Shown: positions 15,856 through 24,943 of the stretch, piece after piece | Layout of the letters: every line of letters begins with the position of its first letter | Numbering within the stretch: position 1 is the first letter of the stretch | NCBI GenBank assembly: GCA_043799015.1 | Contig: JAZDOF010000888.1 | Location: 1-30,654 of the forward strand | Direction: 5' to 3' | From: Pseudomonadota bacterium | Lineage (GTDB): Bacteria; Desulfobacterota; Desulfomonilia; Desulfomonilales; Desulfomonilaceae | DNA: 30,654 bases | Notes under the pieces: model-generated | What the model was told of the DNA's origin: nothing | Database searches by the model: none | The model's input: only the letters and a program-made list of their open reading frames with translations | Made by a program: the position numbers and the translations under genes

Positions 15856-16185
15856 ATGCGACTCAAGAATAAGCCTTTCCAGGTATGGATCGATATGCCG
15901 GACGGGTCCCGGTTCCAGGTTCGGGACCTCCCGGCTTCCAAGCAGAAGGAATTCATCGCCAAGAACCAGTCTAACCCCGTCGGCATGATCATGGATTGCT
16001 ACGGCTACCAGTTCACCGACTGGCAGGGCGTCAAGGATGAGGAAGGCCAGGATTATCCCTTCTCCCGCGACGCACTCAAGGCCGCGATAGAGAACGACCT
16101 GGACGGCCTGAACGAGGTCATGCGCGAATTCTCCACGAAATTGGCCGAGCACAAGGAACGTCTGAAGAGTGCGGAAAAAAACTGA
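15856..16185 (+). CDS. Tail assembly chaperone (gpG-like)
   Basis: 109 aa with DWQGVKDEEGQDYPFS, located between tail tube and tape measure. Ends in a slippery sequence. Confidence 0.8.
   Translation: MRLKNKPFQVWIDMPDGSRFQVRDLPASKQKEFIAKNQSNPVGMIMDCYGYQFTDWQGVKDEEGQDYPFSRDALKAAIENDLDGLNEVMREFSTKLAEHKERLKSAEKN
16176..16182 (+). other. Programmed -1 frameshift site A-AAA-AAC
   Basis: Reading frame GCG GAA AAA AAC TGA gives a canonical X XXY YYZ heptamer immediately before the stop codon. Confidence 0.85.
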
Positions 16186-16499
16186 CCGAGTGGGGGATCT
16201 GGTGGGCAAGCAAGCCGGTCCCCTGCGAGGAATGCTCCGAGGAATACGATGGTGACCCGCCATGCCACGAATGCTCCAAGCCGGAGGACCTCTACCCGGA
16301 GAACGAGACCGTCTTTCGTCTCTGGTCTGTACTCAGCCGGTTTGGTCGTGACGGAATGTCTGGCTGCCTCGATCTGTCTCGCGCTCTGGATCTTTGTCGC
16401 GCTTACGGTGAGCCTAGGGGAACATTTGAGCGAATCCTACTATTTGAGGCGGAGCTCTGGCCTATCATTAAGCCAAAGGGACCGGAGGACGAGCCGTGA
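16182..16499 (+). CDS. gpGT-type frameshift extension (DUF1799-like); missing from the ORF track
   Basis: The -1 frame is open for 105 codons: LTEWGIWWASKPVPCEECSEEYDGDPPCHECSKPEDLYPENETVFRLWSVL...ILLFEAELW...EDEP*. Its stop overlaps the GTG start of the tape measure gene. Confidence 0.8.
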   Translation: MTEWGIWWASKPVPCEECSEEYDGDPPCHECSKPEDLYPENETVFRLWSVLSRFGRDGMSGCLDLSRALDLCRAYGEPRGTFERILLFEAELWPIIKPKGPEDEP

Positions 16500-19063
16500 A
16501 TGACGCCTCTATAAAAATCGCCCTCCAGTTCATCGACCAGGCCACGGCGCCCATGAGGAGCAGTCTGTCTCAGATCCAGAAGCAGACGGCCTCGGTCGAG
16601 CGAGCAATGCAATCGGCATCCAGGGCCGTTAAGACGTTTTTCGCGGGGTATGCGCTTTATAAGGGCGCGGACCTGGCGAAGGGGCTCCTGGAGACCGCGT
16701 CGACCTTCGACATGATGAAGATCTCCCTCGATACAATCACCAAGGGCAAAGGGGAAGAGACCTTCAAAATGCTCAATGAGTGGGCTATGAAAATGCCCGT
16801 CAATACCGAGGCTGCAGTGCAGGGCTATATCAGTCTTCGTGCTCGCGGTCTCGAGCCTACCATCGCGCAAATGACGACTCTCGTGGATACCTCGACGGCG
16901 CTCGGGGGTGGCAAGGAGCGCTTCACTGGAATCATAAAGGCCCTGGGGGACATTCAGAGCAAGGGCAAGATGGCGGCTCAAGAGCTGAATCAACTCGCCG
17001 AGTGGGGCGTCCCGGCTCGGCAGATCCTGGCCGATGCATTTGGAATAACCACTCAGAAGCTCGAAGAGTTGTCCGCGAAGGGCATAAGCGCTAAATCCGC
17101 CCTCGAAGCTCTATGGCGGGGCATGGAGCAACAGTTCGGCGGTCAGTCCTCGAAAATCATGGCCAAATTCTCAGGCTTAACCGAGTCCATTGAATCGTAC
17201 TGGAAAGAATTTCAGCGGCAGTTAATGGATTCCGGACCCATGAAGCAGGTGGAATCCGACCTTGCCGGCATCGTGACAGCCATGGATGATCTGAAGGCCA
17301 GGGGACGCCTGGATGAATGGGCCAACCAGGTCGGAGCGGCGCTTCAGGATTTCATCAAAAACCTCGGCATTACAGGGGACAACCTGGACGAAACAGGTCA
17401 GAAGTTTGTGGATTTCATTACCGCCACAACCAAGGCCGCTTCCGGTATCACGGCAACCGTGGTGCCCGCACTCAAGGACCTAACCTGGGCGATGGGTGAG
17501 CTTTTTGCCGCCTATAACCAGTTTCCCGATGAGGTTAAGGGCGCGGCCGGCACCGGAATTCTTGTGAGACTTTTGACGGGGTCATGGACATTGGGCGCGG
17601 CCGTAACGGCCCTAAAGGTGGGTGCGCAGGGCCTGCATGAACTAGCCGAGGGCGTCCGTGCTCTCGATAAATCCGAATCGGCTATTGACGCTCGTATGAA
17701 AGCTGCGGCCGAAGCTTATAAGGGGATCTCGAACATAATTAGAGAGCCTATCCCGGCACCAGGTGTATCGACTCCGGAAATAATAATTCCGGAACTCATG
17801 AAGGAGACCAAGGCTCCGAAGGCCAAGGCCATCCCTAGCCCTATCGATCTCTCCGATATCGACAAGCAAATCATGTCCGCCCAAAAGAGCATTATGGATT
17901 CGTTCCGCACGATTACCGATGCTTCTTACGACATGAATATCGCCATGGCCGAGCACGCCGGCAACTACTACCTCGCCGAAGAAATGCGCCAACGTCAATG
18001 GGTGGAGAAGTCCAAGAGCGGATTCCAGCAACGCATTGAATCGGAGGAGCAAGCATATCTCGAGCTTTCGCAGCGATTATCAGGGTCCAAGGGAGGGGCA
18101 ACCCCGGAAGCCGTGGCCGCGCTCGATACGCTCAAGAAATCCGTGGAGGCGCTCAAGGCCGAGTTGCCGAGCTATAATGCCCTTATCGATGAGATGGCGG
18201 CAAACCAAACGAGATGGGCGGACGAATCAAGGAAGCTCACCGGCGCACTCGATCTCGCCCAAGTCAACCTGGAATATGCCGAGCTCACCGGCAATATGCA
18301 GGGCCAGCTCCAAGCGCAACTCGCATTAATCAAGGCCACTAGAGCGCAAAAGATGGCCAATGTGGATTTGAATATTCCCGGTTTGGCCGACGCATATCGC
18401 AAGCTCTATGATGAGCAAGCGAGAGTGGCCTCCGCTTTGGGCGGAAATAACTTTTGGGCCGGATTCCGGCAAGGCTTGAGTGACACATCAGGGGGGCTTC
18501 AAACGCTCGGGCAGCTCGGAAGTGCCGTCGCCAAAGACCTCAAGGCCGGGTTTGCGGATGTCTTTAAGGGCTTCATTACTGGTGCGGACGACATGGAAAC
18601 GCGATTTGCCAATATGCTCGAAAGCCTGGGAGATAAGCTCATGGAATTCGCCATGAGCGCGGCATGGGACATGCTATCGAAAAACATGCAAGGCGGAAGT
18701 GGCGGCGGCGGTTGGTTCAGTATGTTCGGGAGTCTCTTCTCGAGCGGTTCCGGCTCGGGTATGTCCGGTAACGCGGACGGAGGCCCCGTTTACCGTGGCG
18801 TCCCCACGATCGTGGGCGAAAGGGGCCGTGAAATCTTCACTCCACCGAGCTTCGGCATGATCATCCCGAATCATGTCATTGCCAACATGTCGAACGGCGG
18901 CAGTAACCGCGCGGGCAACGCAAATGTGAACCTGCCGACTCCCGAAATCAACGTGTACAGTCCGGGCCCCAATACCAGGGTAACCATGAAATGGCGAGAG
19001 AGCTCCGGTCAGCAGCGCGCCAGGGCGGCCAGAACGCTACAGAAGGCGCAGCGCGACATATGA
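16496..19063 (+). CDS. Tail tape measure protein
   Basis: 855 aa, Ala-rich and helical. Tape-measure N-terminal domain (SLDTITKGKGEETFKMLNEWAMKMP...IQSKGKMAAQELNQLAEWG) and C-terminal ADGGPV...VGERGREIFTP. Confidence 0.92.
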   Translation: MNDASIKIALQFIDQATAPMRSSLSQIQKQTASVERAMQSASRAVKTFFAGYALYKGADLAKGLLETASTFDMMKISLDTITKGKGEETFKMLNEWAMKMPVNTEAAVQGYISLRARGLEPTIAQMTTLVDTSTALGGGKERFTGIIKALGDIQSKGKMAAQELNQLAEWGVPARQILADAFGITTQKLEELSAKGISAKSALEALWRGMEQQFGGQSSKIMAKFSGLTESIESYWKEFQRQLMDSGPMKQVESDLAGIVTAMDDLKARGRLDEWANQVGAALQDFIKNLGITGDNLDETGQKFVDFITATTKAASGITATVVPALKDLTWAMGELFAAYNQFPDEVKGAAGTGILVRLLTGSWTLGAAVTALKVGAQGLHELAEGVRALDKSESAIDARMKAAAEAYKGISNIIREPIPAPGVSTPEIIIPELMKETKAPKAKAIPSPIDLSDIDKQIMSAQKSIMDSFRTITDASYDMNIAMAEHAGNYYLAEEMRQRQWVEKSKSGFQQRIESEEQAYLELSQRLSGSKGGATPEAVAALDTLKKSVEALKAELPSYNALIDEMAANQTRWADESRKLTGALDLAQVNLEYAELTGNMQGQLQAQLALIKATRAQKMANVDLNIPGLADAYRKLYDEQARVASALGGNNFWAGFRQGLSDTSGGLQTLGQLGSAVAKDLKAGFADVFKGFITGADDMETRFANMLESLGDKLMEFAMSAAWDMLSKNMQGGSGGGGWFSMFGSLFSSGSGSGMSGNADGGPVYRGVPTIVGERGREIFTPPSFGMIIPNHVIANMSNGGSNRAGNANVNLPTPEINVYSPGPNTRVTMKWRESSGQQRARAARTLQKAQRDI

Positions 19064-19083
19064 ATCAGGTATAGGGAGACATT

Positions 19084-19707
19084 ATGTCCTTTCTGGAAAC
19101 CCCGGCGTTTCCTCTGGGTATCGCTAAAAACAGTGTGGGCGGCGCCGTTTACTCGAACGAGCGGGTGATCACGGGCAGCGGTGCGCGCTTCACCAATATC
19201 CGCTGGGATAGTCCGGACTTCGAGATTGACGTGGCGACGGGTATAAGATCGGTCGAGGACCTCTATTCGCTCCAAAGCTTTCATCATGCGGTGAAGGCGG
19301 CGCACGGTTTCAGGTTTCTCTTTATCGGGGAATGGAAGTCTTGCTCTCCGATAGGTACTCCGGCTGCAACCGATCAGGTCTTGGTTGCCGATGCCGTGGC
19401 CGGTCAGACTGAGATTCAACTTATCAAGACGTGGGCGTCCGGCGCCATGTCCACCGTAATGAACATCACCAAACCGCATACCGGGTCGCTCCTGCTTAAG
19501 AAAAACAACGACATTCTCACGACTGGGTTTTCTTTGGATACAACCACCGGGATTATTACAATGACCACTCCCCTGAGTGCTCACGATGTGATATCCGCCG
19601 GATATACGTTCGATCTCCCCATGCAATTCGCGGAAGACAATTTGCCGCGCAACTTCAGTGCCTACAGGTTCGGGGACGTTTCGGTGAAGCTTGTAATGTA
19701 TCGATAA
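19084..19707 (+). CDS. Distal tail protein (DUF2460, GTA-type)
   Basis: FLETPAFPLGI, GGAVYS, SGARFTNIRW, GFRF and AGYTFDLPMQF are DUF2460 hallmarks. Confidence 0.88.
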   Translation: MSFLETPAFPLGIAKNSVGGAVYSNERVITGSGARFTNIRWDSPDFEIDVATGIRSVEDLYSLQSFHHAVKAAHGFRFLFIGEWKSCSPIGTPAATDQVLVADAVAGQTEIQLIKTWASGAMSTVMNITKPHTGSLLLKKNNDILTTGFSLDTTTGIITMTTPLSAHDVISAGYTFDLPMQFAEDNLPRNFSAYRFGDVSVKLVMYR

Positions 19708-19718
19708 TCGGGGGAACC

Positions 19719-20147
19719 ATGCCGACAAGATCGGAAGTCATAGCACACGCGCGTACACTCCTGGGCACGCCATTCCATCATCAGGGGAGGGTCCCCGGTG
19801 CTGGTTTGGATTGCGTTGGAACCCCGTTGATTACACTGTGGCATTTCGGTCTAGTGGATCGATCATGGGATGCCGAGAGATACTCAAGACAGCCCAACCC
19901 TCCGCAAATCTACGAGTTTGTGCGCAAGCTGATTCGAGCGGGTATCGCATGGAGTATTCCGAAGGATGAACGATTGCCGGCGGACGTGATGCTGATGAGA
20001 ATCAAGGACGATCCTCAACACTTCGCATGGGTCACGGATATCGGAATGCTTCATTGCCACATCACGCTCGGAGTCATCGAGCATGGGATGGATGCCATGC
20101 TCGTTAAATCCATCGCCAAGGTCTATCGCATTCGAGGGGTTGAATAG
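19719..20147 (+). CDS. NlpC/P60 family tail-associated cell-wall peptidase
   Basis: ARTLLGTPFHHQGRVPGAGLDCVG (catalytic Cys), then PQHFAW...GMLHC. Confidence 0.92.
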   Translation: MPTRSEVIAHARTLLGTPFHHQGRVPGAGLDCVGTPLITLWHFGLVDRSWDAERYSRQPNPPQIYEFVRKLIRAGIAWSIPKDERLPADVMLMRIKDDPQHFAWVTDIGMLHCHITLGVIEHGMDAMLVKSIAKVYRIRGVE

Positions 20148-23093
20148 ATGCAGCTTGCCGTATTCGCCATCGGGATCGGCCTACAGATCCTGGCCTCGTA
20201 TCTGAAGCCCAAGATGAAAACCGAGCCGAGTCCCGAGGACAAGATCACCGACTCCGCTTTCGGATCGGCGGTTGAAGAGGGATGGGGCACGCGCTGCCAT
20301 ACTGGCACGTTGCTTTGGCGCGGCCCGCGGAATGAGGAGGAATCCAGCGTCGGGGGCAAGGGCGGCGGCGGCGGAGCGTCTCAATGGACGTACAGCCAAT
20401 CGTTTCTGATGAGCTTTTGCAAAACCAAGCCGGATCAGGTCGTCTTGAGGATATGGAAGAACAAGACAAAGCTCATTTACGACATCACGGGAGACAATAC
20501 CGGAACGGTATCCAATATCGATATAATCGAGTATCCGGGAGATGAGGCGCAAACGCCGCCTCCGGCCATCGAGGCCGTGGAAGGCTCCGGGAACGTGCCC
20601 GGTTATCGGGGCATCTTCTGCGTGATGTTCGACAACATGGATACGACCGAGGACGGTGGGCGCATCCCCGATCTCATGGCCGAGATCACCAATTCTGCAG
20701 GGACCGGAGACCCCCTTTACCATCAGGTGCTTTTGGCCGATATCGACGCCTCAATTTCGCTCCTGGATCAATTGCATTCGGATAAGTACAACGAGTTCCT
20801 CTACGGTCGCTGCAATCTCGGCCTGGCCAAACTGGATACCGATACGGATGAGCTGGTCTACGCCGGGTATCCCTACGAGAGTTATCACATTCGGGATTGG
20901 GATGTAGACGATGCCGGGTATCTCTGGGTATTGGACTGGGAGACGGCCATATTGGGGACCGGCGGGGAGATGCGCCTGTTGAGGCTGGACCCCGATAGCA
21001 TGACCCCGCAGCCGGTGCTGATTATCGGTACTCCCTTCCTGGATCTGGCGGGGAACAACAAGCAGTGGGAGAGGATCTGTTGCATTAACGGCCAGTCCGC
21101 CATTCTTGCCGTGTCCGGGGTGAGGGGGTTGGATTATCCCACGGATACCGATCCGTACGTGTGTCTGGCTCGTTACAATTATGCATGGGATGAAGAGAAC
21201 CAGGTCCACGTCCTGTCCGAGGATTGGCGAGTATATGCCGGGAATGTAGACCTCGATGATCTCGAGCGATTCGCTGCATTGGATACAGCCGGGGTGGTCC
21301 ATGCCGTATTAAACAATCCGGGAACCCTCGTGCATGTGGAGAGTGAGATTGCCACTACGGATGACTGGACCGGACGGACCACGACCAATATCCACTATGT
21401 TCCGTCGAATAATGAGCTGGCAGCCTCCGACGATGACCACACTCTAAGGTTCTGGGACCTGGCCCTTGCCGATTGGTCCGCGACTGAGATAGAGAGCGTG
21501 GGCCGCCATCTCCTGACCCCCTGGCTCGCGGCGGACAAGGTTTGGTACCAGGAAGACGAGGAGGCATATACCTACGGGCTGAACGAAGTGGATCTCGCGG
21601 CGCGGGAGCTGCTGGTTGAGATCGTGAATGCCGGTGTTCGCATGGACTGCTATGACGGATCTTCTCAGTCGTTTTGGTCGCCGTCCACCGTATGCGTGTC
21701 CAACTGCATTGGCAAGTATTTGCTTCGCGAGATGGGAGGGGCTCGAGTTCCCGTCGCAGGTATCGTGACGGACCTGTGTGAATCGGTGGGATTGACCGGC
21801 GTCGACGTTTCGACGATAGACGACACCACCTTGGGGTTCAAGTCTCCTGGCAACACGGCACCGCGCCAAGATCTGGAGGTTTTGGCGAAAGCGTTTCTCC
21901 TGGAGCTCGTACAGGATGGCTTGACATCTGCCATACAGCGCAGATACCCGACCGTGCCGAAGACAATTGTCGAGATTCCGTGGGATGATCTTGGAGCGCA
22001 TGAAGCGGGACAGGAGCCGCCCTCTCGACTGATCCACAATATTCACGACGAGTTGGAGTATCCACGCGAAGTCATCGTGCAATCGGTGGATCAAGAGCAC
22101 GCCTATGAGCGGGGCGGAGAACGGGCATTTCGGGCGGCTACAAATTCGCGTCTCATAGAGACGTTCGACCTGACGCAATGCGTTCTCAACGAGGCCGAAC
22201 GTCGCTCCAAAGCGGGGTCGATCCTGCCTTCTCGTTGGGGCGAGCGTCACTTTTACTCGGGAACGACGCACAGGAAATACTATGATCTGAGACCGGGCGA
22301 TGTGATTCGTGTCCAGCCTCCGGGCGAAGATCACAGCATCCTCATTAACAAAGTGGAGCTCGGGGCTCCGGGACTGGTGAAGTTCGAGGGACACCAATAT
22401 GTTTATCAGCTCCCGGAGCCTCCGCCGGGCCCCGAACCCGAACTGTATGTTCCTCCCGTGGTGAACGGGTACTATGTCGCGGTGAGCTTGTATGGCTACT
22501 ATCCCAAATGTGAAGTGAACTGGAATGCGACTAAAACCGGTTTTTCATCGTGGGGTGGTCAATTCTACCAGGGGGACGACTGGAATCCCGCTTCCATCCT
22601 GCTCACGCCCACGATTGCGGAGCGGGATGCCGATCATCCATTCATATACGCGTGGACCGGAGCGTGGGGCACGGTCGGTCGGGGGGCCGGGAAATGGTAT
22701 GCCGAAGTGGCATGCAGCGGATGTCTAAATACCAATATGATCGTGGTTGGACTGTGTCTCAACAATAACTGGCATAGATATGTTCCGCTGGGCAATGGGA
22801 CAGGTCTTTGGAACGGTGAATATGGGTACTGGGCCTACGGGTTCAATAATTACACCTGGGGTCATCAAGCTGACCCGGACTATCCGGCGCGGCTCCTTAA
22901 CGGCAATTTAACCGCGCCCGAACAAGAATACGGAAAACGCTTCGGGTGGACGTACTCGGTCGAGTCTGGCTATGAACCCGCCGGGAATGTGATAGGTATT
23001 TCACTCGACGCTTCCGGCGATCCTTGGACTTTGAGCTTTTCCATCGACGGAGTAGATCAAGGCGCAGCGTTTAGTGTCCCGATGTTTACGTAA
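20148..23093 (+). CDS. GTA-megatron-like central tail protein, N-terminal part, ending in a SPRY/ConA-like domain
   Basis: SAFGSAVEEGWGT...GTLLW, GGKGGGG...YSQSF, PGYRGIFCVMF...GGRIP, a propeller-like insert, then PREVIVQSVDQEHAYERG and DLRPGDVI. After a Pro linker come GKWYAEV...VIGISLDA...LSFSIDGVDQGAAFS. Confidence 0.82.
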   Translation: MQLAVFAIGIGLQILASYLKPKMKTEPSPEDKITDSAFGSAVEEGWGTRCHTGTLLWRGPRNEEESSVGGKGGGGGASQWTYSQSFLMSFCKTKPDQVVLRIWKNKTKLIYDITGDNTGTVSNIDIIEYPGDEAQTPPPAIEAVEGSGNVPGYRGIFCVMFDNMDTTEDGGRIPDLMAEITNSAGTGDPLYHQVLLADIDASISLLDQLHSDKYNEFLYGRCNLGLAKLDTDTDELVYAGYPYESYHIRDWDVDDAGYLWVLDWETAILGTGGEMRLLRLDPDSMTPQPVLIIGTPFLDLAGNNKQWERICCINGQSAILAVSGVRGLDYPTDTDPYVCLARYNYAWDEENQVHVLSEDWRVYAGNVDLDDLERFAALDTAGVVHAVLNNPGTLVHVESEIATTDDWTGRTTTNIHYVPSNNELAASDDDHTLRFWDLALADWSATEIESVGRHLLTPWLAADKVWYQEDEEAYTYGLNEVDLAARELLVEIVNAGVRMDCYDGSSQSFWSPSTVCVSNCIGKYLLREMGGARVPVAGIVTDLCESVGLTGVDVSTIDDTTLGFKSPGNTAPRQDLEVLAKAFLLELVQDGLTSAIQRRYPTVPKTIVEIPWDDLGAHEAGQEPPSRLIHNIHDELEYPREVIVQSVDQEHAYERGGERAFRAATNSRLIETFDLTQCVLNEAERRSKAGSILPSRWGERHFYSGTTHRKYYDLRPGDVIRVQPPGEDHSILINKVELGAPGLVKFEGHQYVYQLPEPPPGPEPELYVPPVVNGYYVAVSLYGYYPKCEVNWNATKTGFSSWGGQFYQGDDWNPASILLTPTIAERDADHPFIYAWTGAWGTVGRGAGKWYAEVACSGCLNTNMIVVGLCLNNNWHRYVPLGNGTGLWNGEYGYWAYGFNNYTWGHQADPDYPARLLNGNLTAPEQEYGKRFGWTYSVESGYEPAGNVIGISLDASGDPWTLSFSIDGVDQGAAFSVPMFT

Positions 23094-23106
23094 GGAATAA
23101 GGTTCT

Positions 23107-24939
23107 ATGTCCTGGAATCCATCTGATAAGAATGCCGCAATAACCCTCTCAGAGACCGGTAATGTTTTAGCCACGGCCACTAATACGGCCTGGAAGTCCG
23201 TGCGCGGCGAGAACGGCAAATCCACCGGAAAGTGGTATTTCGAAGTCAAAATTCTTTATGCGGGCGTGTATCAATTGGTTGGAGTCGGCACGGCTTCAGC
23301 CAGCCTAAGCACCTTCGTAGGGAATGACACCCACGGTTGGGGCTACTATGCCATTAATGGGAAAAAGGTTTATGACACCAACACGGAAGTTACATATGGT
23401 GCCACATTCACCGCCGATGACATTGTCGGAGTGCTGGTAGATTTCGACGATGGTTCTTTGACGTTTTACAAAAACAACGTCAGCCAAGGCGTGGCTTTCA
23501 CCGGGCTTTCCGGTCCCCTTTTCCCGATGTATTCGCCCTATACGCTGAACAATGCAGGCCGGATCTACTCCACGGCCGCGGCACTGAATTATTCTCCTCC
23601 GGCCGGGGCCACGGCTTGGGATGATACTCCGGCTACCTCCCATACGATTACCGCATCCGCCGGCGCCAATGGTAGCATCGATCCGACAGGGGAGGTAGAG
23701 GTAGACACTGGTGAGGATCAGCCCTTCGCCATTGCCGCCGATGAGGGCTACCATGTTGACGATGTTTTGGTGGATGATGTCAGCGTCGGAGCAGTGGAGA
23801 GCTACACTTTCGAAGATGTGACGGATGATCACACCATTGAAGCATCGTTTGCCGCGAATGCATCGCATACGATTTCAGCCATTGCATCCCCGCACGGGAC
23901 CATTAGTCCGGCCGGCGATACCGTGGTGGCCTACGGCGGCAGTCAGCTCTATAGTATATCGCCCGACGAGGGGTATATGGTTGGCGGGTTGCTGGTTGAC
24001 CTGATCGACCAAGGGGCTCTGCTGGAATCATACCTGTTCGAGGATGTCACCGAAGACCATACCATATCGCCAGCCTTCGTCAGAGATCTGCGCATCATGG
24101 ATCACCTGGCGCTCCCGGTAACGACCGTCTGCGAGCTGTGGAAGATAGTGAGGGCGGACGATACGGTCCTTTGCTTCACCACATTCAACCGGGATCTCGT
24201 TTATCGAGGGCTCACCTATTATGCGGCCCGTGGCGGATTCCTTTCCACCGCCATTTCGATGAGTAGTGATTTCAGTACGGGAAATCTGGAACTTAACGGG
24301 TTCATGGATTCCTCGGCCATTACCCGAGCCGATCTACTGGCTAAGCTCTATGACGGAGCCGAGCTGACCATTGGTGTAGTCAATTATATGGATCTGACTA
24401 TCAGTCAGCTGGTGCTTTGCGTGGGAACGCTGGGTGAAGTTAAATGCGAGGAGGGGAAATTTACCGTCGAAATGCTGGACTTTGGGAAAAGGTTGCAGCA
24501 GGTCGTTGGAGACACGATTGAGAAGTATTGCCTCGCTCGGTTTTGCGATTCTCGCTGCGGGCTCGATGCGGGGGATTGGACTACCACAGGGACCGTGACT
24601 TCCGTGCATCCGGATGATACCCGGCGGAGGTTCTGGGATAATGCCTTTACGGACGCAGACAACTTCTATCAATATGGCGAGTTGACCTGGCTGACCGGCG
24701 ATAATGCCGGATACGTCGTGGAAATCGTGGAGAGCAACGATGAGGGTTTCTTCGCCCTGTTCGAGACTATGCCTCAAGCGATTCAGGCCGGCGATACGTT
24801 CAGCGTGATTGCAGGCTGCGACAAAGAAGCCGTGACCTGCAAGACCAAATGGGGCGACAGCAACATTGTCAACTTTAGAGGTTTCGGGCTGTTCCTGCCT
24901 GGACGCTCCGGCCTCCTCGATTACCCGGACAGGACGTAG
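23107..24939 (+). CDS. Baseplate hub protein (DUF2163/BR0599-like) with N-terminal SPRY domain and two bacterial repeat domains
   Basis: SPRY: WNPSDK...GKWYFEV...VGVLVDFDDGSLTFYKNNVSQGVAF. Hub from about 24097: VTTVCELWKIVRAD, CLARFCDSRCG, GCDKEAVTCKTKW..N.VNFRGF. Confidence 0.88.
   Translation: MSWNPSDKNAAITLSETGNVLATATNTAWKSVRGENGKSTGKWYFEVKILYAGVYQLVGVGTASASLSTFVGNDTHGWGYYAINGKKVYDTNTEVTYGATFTADDIVGVLVDFDDGSLTFYKNNVSQGVAFTGLSGPLFPMYSPYTLNNAGRIYSTAAALNYSPPAGATAWDDTPATSHTITASAGANGSIDPTGEVEVDTGEDQPFAIAADEGYHVDDVLVDDVSVGAVESYTFEDVTDDHTIEASFAANASHTISAIASPHGTISPAGDTVVAYGGSQLYSISPDEGYMVGGLLVDLIDQGALLESYLFEDVTEDHTISPAFVRDLRIMDHLALPVTTVCELWKIVRADDTVLCFTTFNRDLVYRGLTYYAARGGFLSTAISMSSDFSTGNLELNGFMDSSAITRADLLAKLYDGAELTIGVVNYMDLTISQLVLCVGTLGEVKCEEGKFTVEMLDFGKRLQQVVGDTIEKYCLARFCDSRCGLDAGDWTTTGTVTSVHPDDTRRRFWDNAFTDADNFYQYGELTWLTGDNAGYVVEIVESNDEGFFALFETMPQAIQAGDTFSVIAGCDKEAVTCKTKWGDSNIVNFRGFGLFLPGRSGLLDYPDRT
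23641..24082 (+). repeat. Two tandem repeats of about 73 aa (divergent InlB-B/Flg_new-like)
   Basis: HTITASAGANGSIDP...DEGYHV...SYTFEDVTDDHTIEASF and HTISAIASPHGTISP...DEGYMV...SYLFEDVTEDHTISPAF. Confidence 0.85.
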
Positions 24940-24943
24940 AAGA

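Noticed and set aside
19719-20147. NlpC/P60 as the missing endolysin
   Set aside because: Its position and family match the tail-associated peptidase of GTA-type baseplates.
22515-23093. Possible diversity-generating retroelement variable region (Asn/Tyr-rich C-terminus)
   Set aside because: No near-identical template repeat and no reverse transcriptase were seen in the window, and the two SPRY domains are too divergent to be TR/VR. A TR elsewhere in the genome cannot be excluded.
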